57,365 nucleotides of DNA from Clostridia bacterium (GCA_017440665.1 JAFSGU010000073.1:1-57365); one strand, 5' to 3'; numbered from the stretch's first letter, positions 46,383-55,785 are shown. Program-made: numbers and translations. Notes: generated by a model not told the origin, from the sequence alone.

Positions 46383-47093
46383 TCAAACGTAAAACTCTTC
46401 TCCCGTGTCAAGGCAAAGGCATGCGAGCCTTCCGCCCCGATCCTCGAACACCGCACCGCAGTCGATAGCGATAACGTTGCCGCGGCCGTGGTATATTTCC
46501 GCCTTCCCGCTGCCTATGGTCATCGTGGGAGTATGTCCCACGATGAGATACGTACTGCCGTCGTCACAGTAGCTTCCGTCAAAATTCGGCCTTGTCCAAA
46601 GAAGGTCGGCGGGCGACACGTCTTCAATGTTCATGTCTTCGGTAAAACTTCCAAGTCCGCCGTGGACGATAACGTAACGTTTATCTTCCACAGTTACTAT
46701 CTTATACAGAGGAAGACTTTTAATAAAATCAAGAATACGCCAGCGGTCCTCTTCGGTTTCATATGACAGGGATTTGACCGTCCTGTCTCCGCCATTGGAA
46801 AACCAAGTCCAAAGATCACGTCTGCCAAGCAGATACATAACTTCAATGCTGTAACCGCGGTATTCTTCAAATAAGCGCTCAAGATCGATCTCAGCCATGA
46901 CCTCGTGGTTACCCTTGATGACTTCAACGTTATCCCTTCCCATAACGTCAAGATATATCTCAGCAGCCCTGGGTCCGCGGTCACAGATATCTCCGTTTAT
47001 GATAAGTGTGTCCTCGTCCGAAAAGCCGATAACGTCAAGCATTTGAATATATTTTTCGTACATACCGTGCAGGTCTGACATTACGTAAGTCAT
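46383..47093 (-). CDS. metallophosphoesterase, Ser/Thr phosphatase/ApaH-like
   Basis: SDLHG, GDICDRGP and GNHE motifs. Confidence 0.8.
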   Translation of the reverse strand: MTYVMSDLHGMYEKYIQMLDVIGFSDEDTLIINGDICDRGPRAAEIYLDVMGRDNVEVIKGNHEVMAEIDLERLFEEYRGYSIEVMYLLGRRDLWTWFSNGGDRTVKSLSYETEEDRWRILDFIKSLPLYKIVTVEDKRYVIVHGGLGSFTEDMNIEDVSPADLLWTRPNFDGSYCDDGSTYLIVGHTPTMTIGSGKAEIYHGRGNVIAIDCGAVFEDRGGRLACLCLDTGEEFYV

Positions 47094-47130
47094 ATCGCAC
47101 CTCCTTGCTGTCTCATAATTTTATGTTCGT

Positions 47131-47337
47131 TCAGTTTTCCGATATAAGTGTAAATCTGGAAACAGACGTACCGTTTACCTTTACCTTTTCGTCCCACATA
47201 TGCTTGGGGCGCGCCCAGTATTCATTAGTGTTAACGTTTCTGTAAATAATAAGCTCTTCCATAGTCTCGCTGTGTCTTGCAACATCAACAAGCTCGTATA
47301 CGCCGCCTTTATAATGTTTGTATATTCCACGCTTCAT
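47131..47337 (-). CDS. DUF1653 domain protein
   Basis: YKHYKGGVYELV...YRNVNTNEYWARP pattern. Start at MKRGIYK. Confidence 0.7.
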   Translation of the reverse strand: MKRGIYKHYKGGVYELVDVARHSETMEELIIYRNVNTNEYWARPKHMWDEKVKVNGTSVSRFTLISEN

Positions 47338-47468
47338 TTGGCACCTCCGTACTGGGGAATAAGGAAAAAACACGGCGATGAAAAAAAGCTTATCATCGCC
47401 GGAAATTATCAAAAGTCAATATTAGTGGGATAACATTATAACCCATGAAGAAAAATTTGTCAAGAGCG

Positions 47469-47507
47469 ATAACAACACCCGAGCAAAATGTACTCGGGTG
47501 TTGTTAT
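47469..47507. terminator. terminator-like hairpin overlapping the stop codon of 47504-48106
   Basis: ataacaacacccgag / ctcgggtgttgttat, 15-bp stem. Confidence 0.55.
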
Positions 47508-48106
47508 TTATCTGATATCTGAACACACTTGTCTGCTGTGTTTGTATCCGTCTCATATTTCTCCTTATACCTGACTCCGACATATGTGTCAAAGAGCACC
47601 TTATCGTCCGCCGTGTCTATTTTTCCGTCGATCTCATAGGGAGTATCGGCATAGGTAAAGTCGCTTCCCTTTTCGGCAGAGCGCAGAAGATATTTTACAT
47701 ACGCAAGACGAACTTTTTCTCCGTTATCACCCGCATCCGAAAAGCTTATCCTTTTCAGCTTGCGCTTTTTCTTTTTGCCCCGCCTGAAGCTGTGTCCTAC
47801 GTACTCAAAACGGTCTGTGCCGACCACATAACTACTGTTTTTCAGCATACGGCGGGACATCCTGCCGGCAATCGGCGCAAAAAAACGCATTATAAATCTG
47901 CCAAGTGTGCCCATCACCTTGTCTTCCACACGTCTGTAACGTTCCATTATCATGGAGTACACGGTGTATAAAAGCAGTATTGCGCAGATTCCTTGAAAGA
48001 AAACTATTATGAAGCTAGCGGGTCCGCCGTTATTGAAAAGATCGGCAACAACTATAAGTACTATGTATATTACCGCACGTACTTTTTTATCCGATAGGTA
48101 TTTCAC
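47504..48106 (-). CDS. membrane protein, DUF4129-like C-terminal region (tentative)
   Basis: Two N-terminal TM helices. C-terminal FTYADTPYEI resembles the DUF4129 signature. 4-nt overlap with the DUF58 gene. Confidence 0.45.
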   Translation of the reverse strand: MKYLSDKKVRAVIYIVLIVVADLFNNGGPASFIIVFFQGICAILLLYTVYSMIMERYRRVEDKVMGTLGRFIMRFFAPIAGRMSRRMLKNSSYVVGTDRFEYVGHSFRRGKKKKRKLKRISFSDAGDNGEKVRLAYVKYLLRSAEKGSDFTYADTPYEIDGKIDTADDKVLFDTYVGVRYKEKYETDTNTADKCVQISDK

Positions 48107-49191
48107 AGCTCCACCACCTTTACAGTGTTGTATCTCTTAAGCTTACCAATAGCCTCGTCGGTGTTTTCATCCATACAGGTAGTCAGTATATATATTTCCG
48201 CCTCTTTAAGGTTTGCTTCCGCGCCGTTGTCAAGCAGTGCCGGAAACGAGCATCCAGGAAGAAGCCACACCTTGGACATTTCCATAAGTAACTCGCTCAC
48301 GTGCTGTTTTCCGCTCATGATCGGCATGGACAGGCTTTGCCGTCCGTCGAGCATCCTGCAGTTTGCGGCATACCCAACCTTATACCCGTTTTCCAAAGCC
48401 ATCTGAACAGCTGAAGCGGTAAGAGAAAGGGCACTTTCCATGCTGTTTTCGTATTCCGCACCGGTTGTCTTTTCCGAGTCGTGGGTAAAATCAAGGTAAA
48501 ACATAATTATTCTGTCCGAACAGTTATCATATTTGTTCACCTTAATATTCACGTTACCGCCTACAGAGCTTCTTGCGGTTGCTTTAAAATTGACGGAGTT
48601 AAACGGGTCGCCGTGCATATAGTCCCGCACTCCTGCCACGGAAAACGGGTCGCTTACAACGGGTCGCCGTGTAAAGCTTTCGCCGAATACGGTATTCACT
48701 GGGGACAGGTAACCTATCCTGTCAAGAAGCTTGGGATAAACAAACAGCTCCGCAGAAAACTGAAAGCTTTTGACACTTTCCGCGAATATACTTTTTGTCA
48801 GCACCGTTGCAGTGGTCATGATATAATACCCGCGGTGAGCGCATTTCACCTTGTAGGTTCGGGTAAGCTTGGTAAACGGCGGCAGTTGAAATCGGCTTAT
48901 AACGAGCTGCATACCCTCTGAAGTGTCACGACCCTCAATCCTCAGATTTGAGTGGATATAGGTTTCCACGTCCACGTTAAAAAGCGGAACGGGGAGTGGA
49001 TTTGTTAGGGTCTCGATTATCTCAACAGTATCTTCCTCGAAAACTCCCAAAGAAGAAAACTCCCTGCTGTACAAAAGCTTGTTAACAAGACGAATTTTAA
49101 TAAGACAGTATATTTCCCGCACCGTCAAAAACAGCAATATAAAAGGAAGCAAATAAAGAAACAGCTTTAACAGAATTATAAGAATTCTCAT
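48103..49191 (-). CDS. DUF58 domain protein
   Basis: VRDYMHGDPFNSVNFKATARS matches the DUF58 R-x-Y-x-x-G-D...W-K-A-T-A-R signature. Directly downstream of MoxR. Confidence 0.75.
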   Translation of the reverse strand: MRILIILLKLFLYLLPFILLFLTVREIYCLIKIRLVNKLLYSREFSSLGVFEEDTVEIIETLTNPLPVPLFNVDVETYIHSNLRIEGRDTSEGMQLVISRFQLPPFTKLTRTYKVKCAHRGYYIMTTATVLTKSIFAESVKSFQFSAELFVYPKLLDRIGYLSPVNTVFGESFTRRPVVSDPFSVAGVRDYMHGDPFNSVNFKATARSSVGGNVNIKVNKYDNCSDRIIMFYLDFTHDSEKTTGAEYENSMESALSLTASAVQMALENGYKVGYAANCRMLDGRQSLSMPIMSGKQHVSELLMEMSKVWLLPGCSFPALLDNGAEANLKEAEIYILTTCMDENTDEAIGKLKRYNTVKVVEL

Positions 49192-49228
49192 GCGATGTCT
49201 CCGGTATAATTTTTAGATTGTTGTTTTG

Positions 49229-50185
49229 TCACAGCTTATACTTGTCAAGGTCTTCCGTGGGAACGTTTACGAATGTGAGAATTTCTCTGACTGCATCCTC
49301 AGCCGCGTCTTTAACGGTGCTGAGAGAGGTCTTCAAGACCAATCGGTGAGCGATGACGGGAACTGCCACCTTCTTTACGTCATCGGGAATAACGTAATCT
49401 CTTCCGCTTATAAGTGCCATCGCCTTTGACGCTTTCAAAAGTGCGATACAGCTTCTTGTACTGGCGCCCATTACAACACCCTGCTTATATCTTGTGAATT
49501 CCACGATCTCCGATATGTAAGAAAGCAGGTCGGGGTGTACGTAAACACCCTTTACTTCTTCCCTTGCCTTCAATATGGAGGCGGCATCCGCCACGGGAAC
49601 AAGTTCTGCCAACGGGTCATCCTTTTCGAAGCGGGACAAAATACGGATATTTTCGTCTCTCGTGGGATAACCCATTTTCAGTTTAAGAAGGAAACGGTCA
49701 AGCTGAGCCTCGGGCAGAGGGAAAACGCCCATACTCTCGATGGGATTCTGAGTAGCAATTACCATAAAAGGAGACGGAAGCTCAAACGTCTCACCGTCAA
49801 CGGTTACGGTATGCTCTTCCATACATTCGAGAAGACCCGACTGTGTTTTGGGAGTACCGCGGTTGATCTCGTCCGCTAAGATTACGTTTGCGAATACGGG
49901 ACCGGGTATGAATTCAAACTCGGAACTTTTCATATTGTAGTATTTAACACCCGTAATATCCGCAGGTAGTAGGTCGGGCGTAAACTGAACGCGTTTAAAA
50001 GAAACTCCGAGAGAAGCCGCAAATGACTTTGCGAGCACGGTCTTGCCCGAACCCGGCACGTCCTCTATGAGAATATGACCGTCGGACAAAAGTCCGACCA
50101 TCAGAAGCTCTATCACGTCTTCTTTCCCGACTATAACGCGGCAAATATTTTCTTTAATTTTTGATATCAGTTCATGTGCTGACAT
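49229..50185 (-). CDS. MoxR-family AAA+ ATPase
   Basis: DVPGSGKT Walker A and ILADEINRGTPKTQSGLLECMEE. Start at MSAHELISKIKENI. Confidence 0.9.
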   Translation of the reverse strand: MSAHELISKIKENICRVIVGKEDVIELLMVGLLSDGHILIEDVPGSGKTVLAKSFAASLGVSFKRVQFTPDLLPADITGVKYYNMKSSEFEFIPGPVFANVILADEINRGTPKTQSGLLECMEEHTVTVDGETFELPSPFMVIATQNPIESMGVFPLPEAQLDRFLLKLKMGYPTRDENIRILSRFEKDDPLAELVPVADAASILKAREEVKGVYVHPDLLSYISEIVEFTRYKQGVVMGASTRSCIALLKASKAMALISGRDYVIPDDVKKVAVPVIAHRLVLKTSLSTVKDAAEDAVREILTFVNVPTEDLDKYKL

Positions 50186-50806
50186 ATCTTGTGTCCTTTC
50201 TGGGTTGTGGTTCACATATTTATTGTAGCACAAACCTGATGAAAAGTCAACTCTTCCCATTTTTTTGTCAGGATGTGACATTGTTCGCTTTAATATCTTT
50301 TATGCCCCGAGTGACGAATAAAATAAATAATCATACACAAAGAATGAAAACTGACTCCGCATGTAAAGCGGAGTCGGTTTTTACTTATTGCTTCAAGTTA
50401 TAAATCGCAGTCTGTCAGATCGTACCCGTTACGGTAAGAACAGACTCACCGGGTGTTACGGTCCAAATACCGCTTACAGGATCCTGCGTAAAGGTTGCCG
50501 CAGGAATGGTGATCTGACCGGGAATGGTCGCAAACACGCCGGTCGCCTCGTCATAGGTGTAGTTCACACCCTCTGCAAGGATGGTACCGTTGTAAGTTAC
50601 CGAAATATCCGATAAGATTGGATCAAAGGTATCAGTAAGAGACACGTTATCATCTGCACCCGCTTCGGTATTACCGCTGTTTCTGAGAACAAAGGTATAA
50701 GTTACCGTTCCGTTTTCAACAACAGTTGTGGGACTTACGGATTTTATGATGCTAAGCTCGGGACTGAGGGAAGCTGTAACAGTTGCGCTGTCAAAGATAT
50801 TCACAG
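50052..50806. repeat. direct repeat copy A (5' end of moxR + intergenic region + terminator + 3' part of a DUF11 gene)
   Basis: Collinear with 53638-54398, offset 3586-3592 nt. Aligned 60-nt stretches in the DUF11 part show 3-7 mismatches; the intergenic part is more diverged. Confidence 0.8.
50347..50382. terminator. hairpin terminator, AAAACTGACTCCG family
   Basis: aaaactgactccgc-atgtaaa-gcggagtcggtttt. Confidence 0.7.
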
Positions 50807-51050
50807 CTTTGAAACCTGTCTGCATATTCAAGTAAAATCGACTTAAATCGTTCCTCTCCGCCAATACTTTTTTACTTGCTGACATTATATCTTCCACAAC
50901 GTCGTCGCACAGTAATACAGCACATCTGCCTTTATGCTCATATTTTAACACATTAAGCAATGCCGTTTTTCCCGAGCACGTGTCGCCCTCAAGCACATAT
51001 AAGTTGCTTTTACCGCTGATTATTTTTTTATAAGCTTCGTAAAGCTTCAT
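50415..51050 (-). CDS. chimeric ORF: P-loop (DnaA/Hda-like?) N-terminal fragment fused to one DUF11 repeat domain
   Basis: The first about 82 aa (LEGDTCSGKTALL...) have no counterpart in 54007-54855. The last about 129 aa (from Val83 VNIFDSATVTAS...) match the C-terminus of that protein; I count 5 aa changes over the final 121 aligned residues. Confidence 0.55.
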   Translation of the reverse strand: MKLYEAYKKIISGKSNLYVLEGDTCSGKTALLNVLKYEHKGRCAVLLCDDVVEDIMSASKKVLAERNDLSRFYLNMQTGFKAVNIFDSATVTASLSPELSIIKSVSPTTVVENGTVTYTFVLRNSGNTEAGADDNVSLTDTFDPILSDISVTYNGTILAEGVNYTYDEATGVFATIPGQITIPAATFTQDPVSGIWTVTPGESVLTVTGTI

Positions 51051-51333
51051 TCACATTACTCCTTTTCAAAATTTATATTTGCCGATTTCCATTAAACCGT
51101 GATTATATGATATCACTTGATATGGAACAATATAATACCACAGCCTTAAGGAAAAATCAATATTGTAATTGCTGTGTTTTATTTTTTACTATACATATAT
51201 GCCGCCTCTCTGTAGCTCTTATTTTCGCAAATCATATTGCAAGTAGCATCGTTATGTGGTAAAATCAATACATGATCTAACCATTATTCTCAAGTGGTGC
51301 TTTGTGCGTCTATCTTATTTAACAGGGGGCAAT

Positions 51334-52221
51334 ATGGAATTCATATCCTTGGAAATTTCAATAATCACACTTCTGCCGTCTCTTTTCCTATGCGGATTTA
51401 TTTACTACAAAGACCGTATCGAAAAAGAACCTATTGGTCTGCTGATCTTACTGTTCGCCTTAGGTGCGGTATGCTATTATCCGTCATTCATGGGAGAAAA
51501 GCTTATTCTCGGCGGAATAGACAAGCTTTTCAGTGAGACCATATCCGTTTCCGCAGACGGAGCGTTAACCTACAGCTCTCCTGCTTTTATGCTGCTGCAC
51601 AAATTCCTGTGCTCATTTATAGGTTTTGCGCTTATCGAAACAGGATTAAAATGGGCTGTACTCTTTTTCTCCACACGAAATAATAAGCATTTCAATTACC
51701 TCTTCGATGGTATCGTATATTCGGTATTCATTTCCCTTGGATTTGCGACTGTGGAAAACATCCGCTATGCATGGGTAAACGGCTGGGATACATTGGTATT
51801 GCGTTCAGTTTCTTCTCTTCCTTGCCACCTCATTATGGGTATTATCATGGGATACTTCTACAGCACGTGGAATGCTCATCGAAATGCAAAAAAACTTGAA
51901 GAGGAATACCTCGAAAAAAAGCTGATTACGGAAGAGCACATCAAAAAGCCCGTAGGACTTTTCCTCTCAAGCCTCATCATTCCGTATACTGTTTCGGCGG
52001 TATATATGTTTGCTTCCTCAATCAATTCAAGAGCGATAAACACGATATTCTATTTCGCTGTATTCTCCATATATGGCATCAGCTTTATTACTGTAGACCG
52101 TATTTCATCAAAAGACAGTGACGCAGACAAATTTTCCAAAAAGCTCTTTTATACTAAGCATCCCGAACTTGATCTTGCCGAGCCTGAGCAAGCTCACGCT
52201 TCAGACGACGCGGAAAGGTAA
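51334..52221 (+). CDS. PrsW-family intramembrane protease-like protein
   Basis: Polytopic membrane protein with YKDRIEKEP, GFATVENIRY and HLIMGIIMG motifs resembling PrsW. Confidence 0.7.
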   Translation: MEFISLEISIITLLPSLFLCGFIYYKDRIEKEPIGLLILLFALGAVCYYPSFMGEKLILGGIDKLFSETISVSADGALTYSSPAFMLLHKFLCSFIGFALIETGLKWAVLFFSTRNNKHFNYLFDGIVYSVFISLGFATVENIRYAWVNGWDTLVLRSVSSLPCHLIMGIIMGYFYSTWNAHRNAKKLEEEYLEKKLITEEHIKKPVGLFLSSLIIPYTVSAVYMFASSINSRAINTIFYFAVFSIYGISFITVDRISSKDSDADKFSKKLFYTKHPELDLAEPEQAHASDDAER

Positions 52222-52226
52222 CATAC

Positions 52227-53459
52227 ATGAAGAAAAAAGGATGTTCATCATACATAATCATATTAATTATAGCATTTGTTGCCGCGTACTGGATAGCGGG
52301 ATTCTCTGAAGATTCACAGATCGACTTTCCCGATGCGAATGACACCTCGTCACTGTATCCAGATGACAGCTCCTTTTCGGACGGTGAAAACGGTCAAAAT
52401 ATCCAATCAGGTCTGACCGGCAAACTTGGATTTACCTATTACGAACAGCTCAGCACCGACGAGAAAAACATATATAACGTTTTTCTTGAGGGAGTTAAAA
52501 ACGGAGACACAAGCTACAAATTCAATAACGTCGACTGCAACACATTCGAAGATTCATGTTTCCAAGCGATACGCGCACTGACTTACGATCATCCCGAGTA
52601 TTTTTGGGTGGCGTGCGGTTACAGCTACCGTGCAAATACTTCGTTATTTGGAAATATCGGTTCAGCAGAGGTGCAACTTGCTCAATATAGCTTTTGGAAT
52701 TATAATATGTCCAAGAAGCAGAAAATTGACGAGCTTGAGGCGGCTGTTAATAACGTCGCATATCTTGCGTCACAAAAGGGCTCCGATTTCGAAAAAATTC
52801 AGTTTGTGCACGATTATCTCATTGAAAACGCAATTTACGATCACGACGGCTTAAACGAATATTACAAGACCTATCACGACGCATCATGTGAATATATTTT
52901 CACAGCATACGGATGTCTTGTTAACAAAAAAACTGTTTGTTCCGGATACGCAAAGGCCTTCCAGCTTATTATGGAAAAGATGGGCTACGACTGCCTTTAC
53001 GTCGTCGGTTACGCGGGAGAATCTCACGCATGGAACATGGTCTTCATCGAGGGAGAGAGCTACTACGTTGACATTACTTGGGACGACGCGGATTTTGACA
53101 GGGGAGAAACGCCGCTATACGATTATTTCGGTATCACCACTGATTCTCTTGAAAAGACGCACACCATCGGAAATGAGTTCTCAGTGCCTGAGTGCAACGG
53201 TAACAAGTACGACTACTTCAATTACACGGGAAGACACCTCTCCGTCTACGACTATTACAGTGCTAAAAGTATTATAGAATCTCAGCGATACAATGACGTT
53301 ATCTATATCCGCTTCAGCTCGGCTTACGAGTTTGAGCGAGCAAAGCAGGATCTTTTAACTAACCAAAAAATATACACTATAGAACCATTCGCAACAGGTA
53401 GATCATGCCGTTACGTTGCCAATGACAACCACTATATATTAACAATGTTCCCTAATTAA
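52227..53459 (+). CDS. membrane-anchored transglutaminase-like cysteine protease domain protein
   Basis: N-terminal TM. CSGYAKAF...HAWNMVF...VDITWDD looks like a Cys-His-Asp triad region. Confidence 0.75.
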   Translation: MKKKGCSSYIIILIIAFVAAYWIAGFSEDSQIDFPDANDTSSLYPDDSSFSDGENGQNIQSGLTGKLGFTYYEQLSTDEKNIYNVFLEGVKNGDTSYKFNNVDCNTFEDSCFQAIRALTYDHPEYFWVACGYSYRANTSLFGNIGSAEVQLAQYSFWNYNMSKKQKIDELEAAVNNVAYLASQKGSDFEKIQFVHDYLIENAIYDHDGLNEYYKTYHDASCEYIFTAYGCLVNKKTVCSGYAKAFQLIMEKMGYDCLYVVGYAGESHAWNMVFIEGESYYVDITWDDADFDRGETPLYDYFGITTDSLEKTHTIGNEFSVPECNGNKYDYFNYTGRHLSVYDYYSAKSIIESQRYNDVIYIRFSSAYEFERAKQDLLTNQKIYTIEPFATGRSCRYVANDNHYILTMFPN

Positions 53460-53636
53460 TGCATCCGAACGATATATATTGATACCATACGGCCATTGAT
53501 CGAAATGCACGACGCACGAGGGCAACAGCCACTTTTCTATTTAAGTTACTTCGTGTCCCACCTGCCAACTGAGCTAAAGAGTAACGATACAGCAGAGATT
53601 CTTAGGAACCTCTGCTGTGTTGGCATCTACCTATCT

Positions 53637-53771
53637 TCCCGGCACGTCCGCAATAAGAACATGACCGTCCGACAAAAGTCCAAAGTGCAAAAGCTCGATC
53701 ACATCCTCTTTACCGACTATTACACGTCAAATATTTTCTTTGATTTTCGAAGCAATGTCATATGCCGACAT
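53637..53771 (-). pseudogene. truncated moxR 5' fragment (45 codons) with in-frame stop
   Basis: Minus strand translates MSAYDIASKIKENI*RVIVGKEDVIELLHFGLLSDGHVLIADVPG, versus MoxR MSAHELISKIKENICRVIVGKEDVIELLMVGLLSDGHILIEDVPG. Homology stops inside the Walker A motif. The TGA is at 53727-53729. Confidence 0.8.
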
Positions 53772-54398
53772 ATATTTTATCCTTTAATTCGGTGTTAACT
53801 TACATATATATTGTATAAACCCAACGAAATGTCAAACTTCCAATTCTATAATTGCTTTAATCAGCTAAAAAAATTTGAGAACTGCAGATGCGCGCATTAA
53901 GGGGATGGATACGGTAAACATAAAAAATGTAAAACTGACTCCGCTAAATAATTGGAGTCAGTTTGCAGTTAAATATCGCGTTAAACGCAGAAAGTTATTC
54001 TATACGTCAGATAGTACCAGTTACTGTAAGAACAGACTCACCGGGTGCTACAGTCCAAATACCGCTTACAGGATCCTGCGTAAAGGTTGCTGCAGGAATC
54101 GTGATCTGACCGGGAACCGTCGCAAAAACGCCGGTTGCTTCGTCATAGGTGTAATTCACACCCTCTGCAAGGAGGGTACCGTTGTACGTTACCGAAATAT
54201 CCGATAGGATAGGATCAAAGGTATCAGTAAGAGACACGTTATCATCGGCTACAGCTTCAGTATTACCGCTGTTTCTGAGAACGAAGGTATAAGTTACAGT
54301 TCCGTTTTCAACAACGGTTGTGGGACTTACAGATTTGATAATACTAAGCTCGGGGCTGAGAGAAGCAGTAATAGTAGCGCTGTCAGAGATATTCACAG
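53638..54398. repeat. direct repeat copy B
   Basis: See copy A (50052-50806). Confidence 0.8.
53931..53964. terminator. hairpin terminator, AAAACTGACTCC family
   Basis: aaaactgactcc-gctaaataatt-ggagtcagttt. Confidence 0.65.
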
Positions 54399-54855
54399 AG
54401 TCACCGGTAACACTTGCGGTGTTTGTAACACTACCCGTACCAATGGGAGGTGCGGAATTATTGGTACGTGCGGTATACAGTATAAGGGCGTTTCCGCCGC
54501 CGGGAACCGTGATTCCCGTAACGGTGAGGGGAGGGCCAACCGTTACCGCAGGGGTAGGCTGAAGCGTACCGTTAATATAATACTTCACGCTGTTCTCAAC
54601 GTAGTCAAGGGGTGTAAGCGTCAAAGTCCCGAAGGTATACTGTCCCAGATCGTCTGTTATGGTGAGACCGGAAAATTCCGTAACACCCGTATTCACGATA
54701 CTTACTGCATAGGTTACGTCACCATCTGCAGTATATTCGGAAACAACGGGAGTTTTCGTTACAGAAAGAACCTCAACTATCTCTCCGGAGGTAACGTTAG
54801 AGATAACACTGCCGCCGTTATAAGTCAAAGTCGCCTGATTATAGAAAGTTGCCAT
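54007..54855 (-). CDS. DUF11 (conserved repeat domain) protein, two repeats, no signal peptide seen
   Basis: MATFYNQATLTYNG start and two Ig-like repeat units (...SVTKTPVV..., ...SIIKSVSPTTV...) typical of DUF11/TIGR01451-type repeats. Confidence 0.7.
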   Translation of the reverse strand: MATFYNQATLTYNGGSVISNVTSGEIVEVLSVTKTPVVSEYTADGDVTYAVSIVNTGVTEFSGLTITDDLGQYTFGTLTLTPLDYVENSVKYYINGTLQPTPAVTVGPPLTVTGITVPGGGNALILYTARTNNSAPPIGTGSVTNTASVTGDSVNISDSATITASLSPELSIIKSVSPTTVVENGTVTYTFVLRNSGNTEAVADDNVSLTDTFDPILSDISVTYNGTLLAEGVNYTYDEATGVFATVPGQITIPAATFTQDPVSGIWTVAPGESVLTVTGTI

Positions 54856-55030
54856 TTTATAATTCCTTTATTATTCGTTAATTAACTTTTTCCGGAGGAA
54901 AATATCCTCAGAGATAGTATATGCACGATCAATAAAGGCGGTTACTAAAGGCAAAATAGATCGAGAAATAAAGATCGGCAGAGTGAAAGGTAAGTAAGTT
55001 AAAGTTGCTTGGGTATAAACTCACGTAGAG

Positions 55031-55064
55031 AAAACTGACTCCGTTCAGACGGAGTCAGTTTTTT
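55031..55064. terminator. hairpin terminator, AAAACTGACTCCG family
   Basis: aaaactgactccg-ttcaga-cggagtcagtttt, overlapping the stop of the kinase gene. Confidence 0.7.
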
Positions 55065-55617
55065 ATTTGGAAATATACTTGAAGATCATATCCCGTACAG
55101 TGGAAGTATCTGCGGCACCATTGACGATAAAATCAGCCGTCCATTTAGTCGACTCTACATATTGATCGTGTCTGAAACGCACCATATCAAGATATACATT
55201 CGTTATTTGTTCAAAGCTCTGTCCCCAAGTCATATTTCTTTTGATCCTACGGATGATCCTTTCATCAGCTCTGCAGTCAACAAAAATCTTTAGGTTAAGT
55301 TTTGACTTAATATATTCATCCCACAAAACCAGAATGCCTTCGACTATGATAATATCGAATTCACCTGAAGAAACAACCTCATCAAATTTAGCATGAAACG
55401 CCTGCCAGTCGATCGTATCTGGACAGTTATCGTCTGTATACATATTTTCATTAATATGTGATTTCACATATGGGCGGAATTCTTCGGGTTTAAAGAAGCC
55501 GTCGATATGTAATGAACGCACTGTTAAACCTTCCCTAATAAATTTTTCCTCAAGCAAGTCGCAAAGTGTAGATTTGCCGCTCGCACTTCCACCGCCTATA
55601 CCAATAATATAAGTCAT
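55063..55617 (-). CDS. uridine kinase-family P-loop nucleoside kinase
   Basis: IGIGGGSASGKSTL Walker A and IIIVEGILVL. Start at MTYIIGI. Confidence 0.7.
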   Translation of the reverse strand: MTYIIGIGGGSASGKSTLCDLLEEKFIREGLTVRSLHIDGFFKPEEFRPYVKSHINENMYTDDNCPDTIDWQAFHAKFDEVVSSGEFDIIIVEGILVLWDEYIKSKLNLKIFVDCRADERIIRRIKRNMTWGQSFEQITNVYLDMVRFRHDQYVESTKWTADFIVNGAADTSTVRDMIFKYISK

Positions 55618-55726
55618 AAGAACACCTCGAAACAACATAATTGTCAAATATATCTTTACATAATAATAAAATGAATTCAATATGCTATTTACAGTATTAT
55701 ATCACAAGAATTAGTAATTTTTTATC

Positions 55727-55768
55727 TACAGAAGTGATCGTGCAAGTTTTCACACAATCACTTCTGTA
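55727..55768. repeat. perfect 12-bp inverted repeat with 18-nt spacer
   Basis: tacagaagtgat ... atcacttctgta, between the methyltransferase stop and the kinase start. Confidence 0.8.
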
Positions 55769-55785
55769 AATTGGGATTTGACGGT

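Noticed and set aside
53560-53617. Possible tRNA gene or tRNA-derived attachment-site remnant at the right cargo junction
   Set aside because: The minus strand contains TAGCTCAGTTGG, a D-arm-like string (53565-53575), next to an 8-bp hairpin (53590-53617). However, I could not fold a cloverleaf: there is no acceptor stem, anticodon arm or T-arm (GTTCRANNC). At best it is a short fragment and may be chance.
50347-55064. CRISPR array, considered because of the repeated AAAACTGACTCCG hairpins
   Set aside because: There are only three copies, kilobases apart, each positioned as a gene terminator. There is no regular spacer periodicity.
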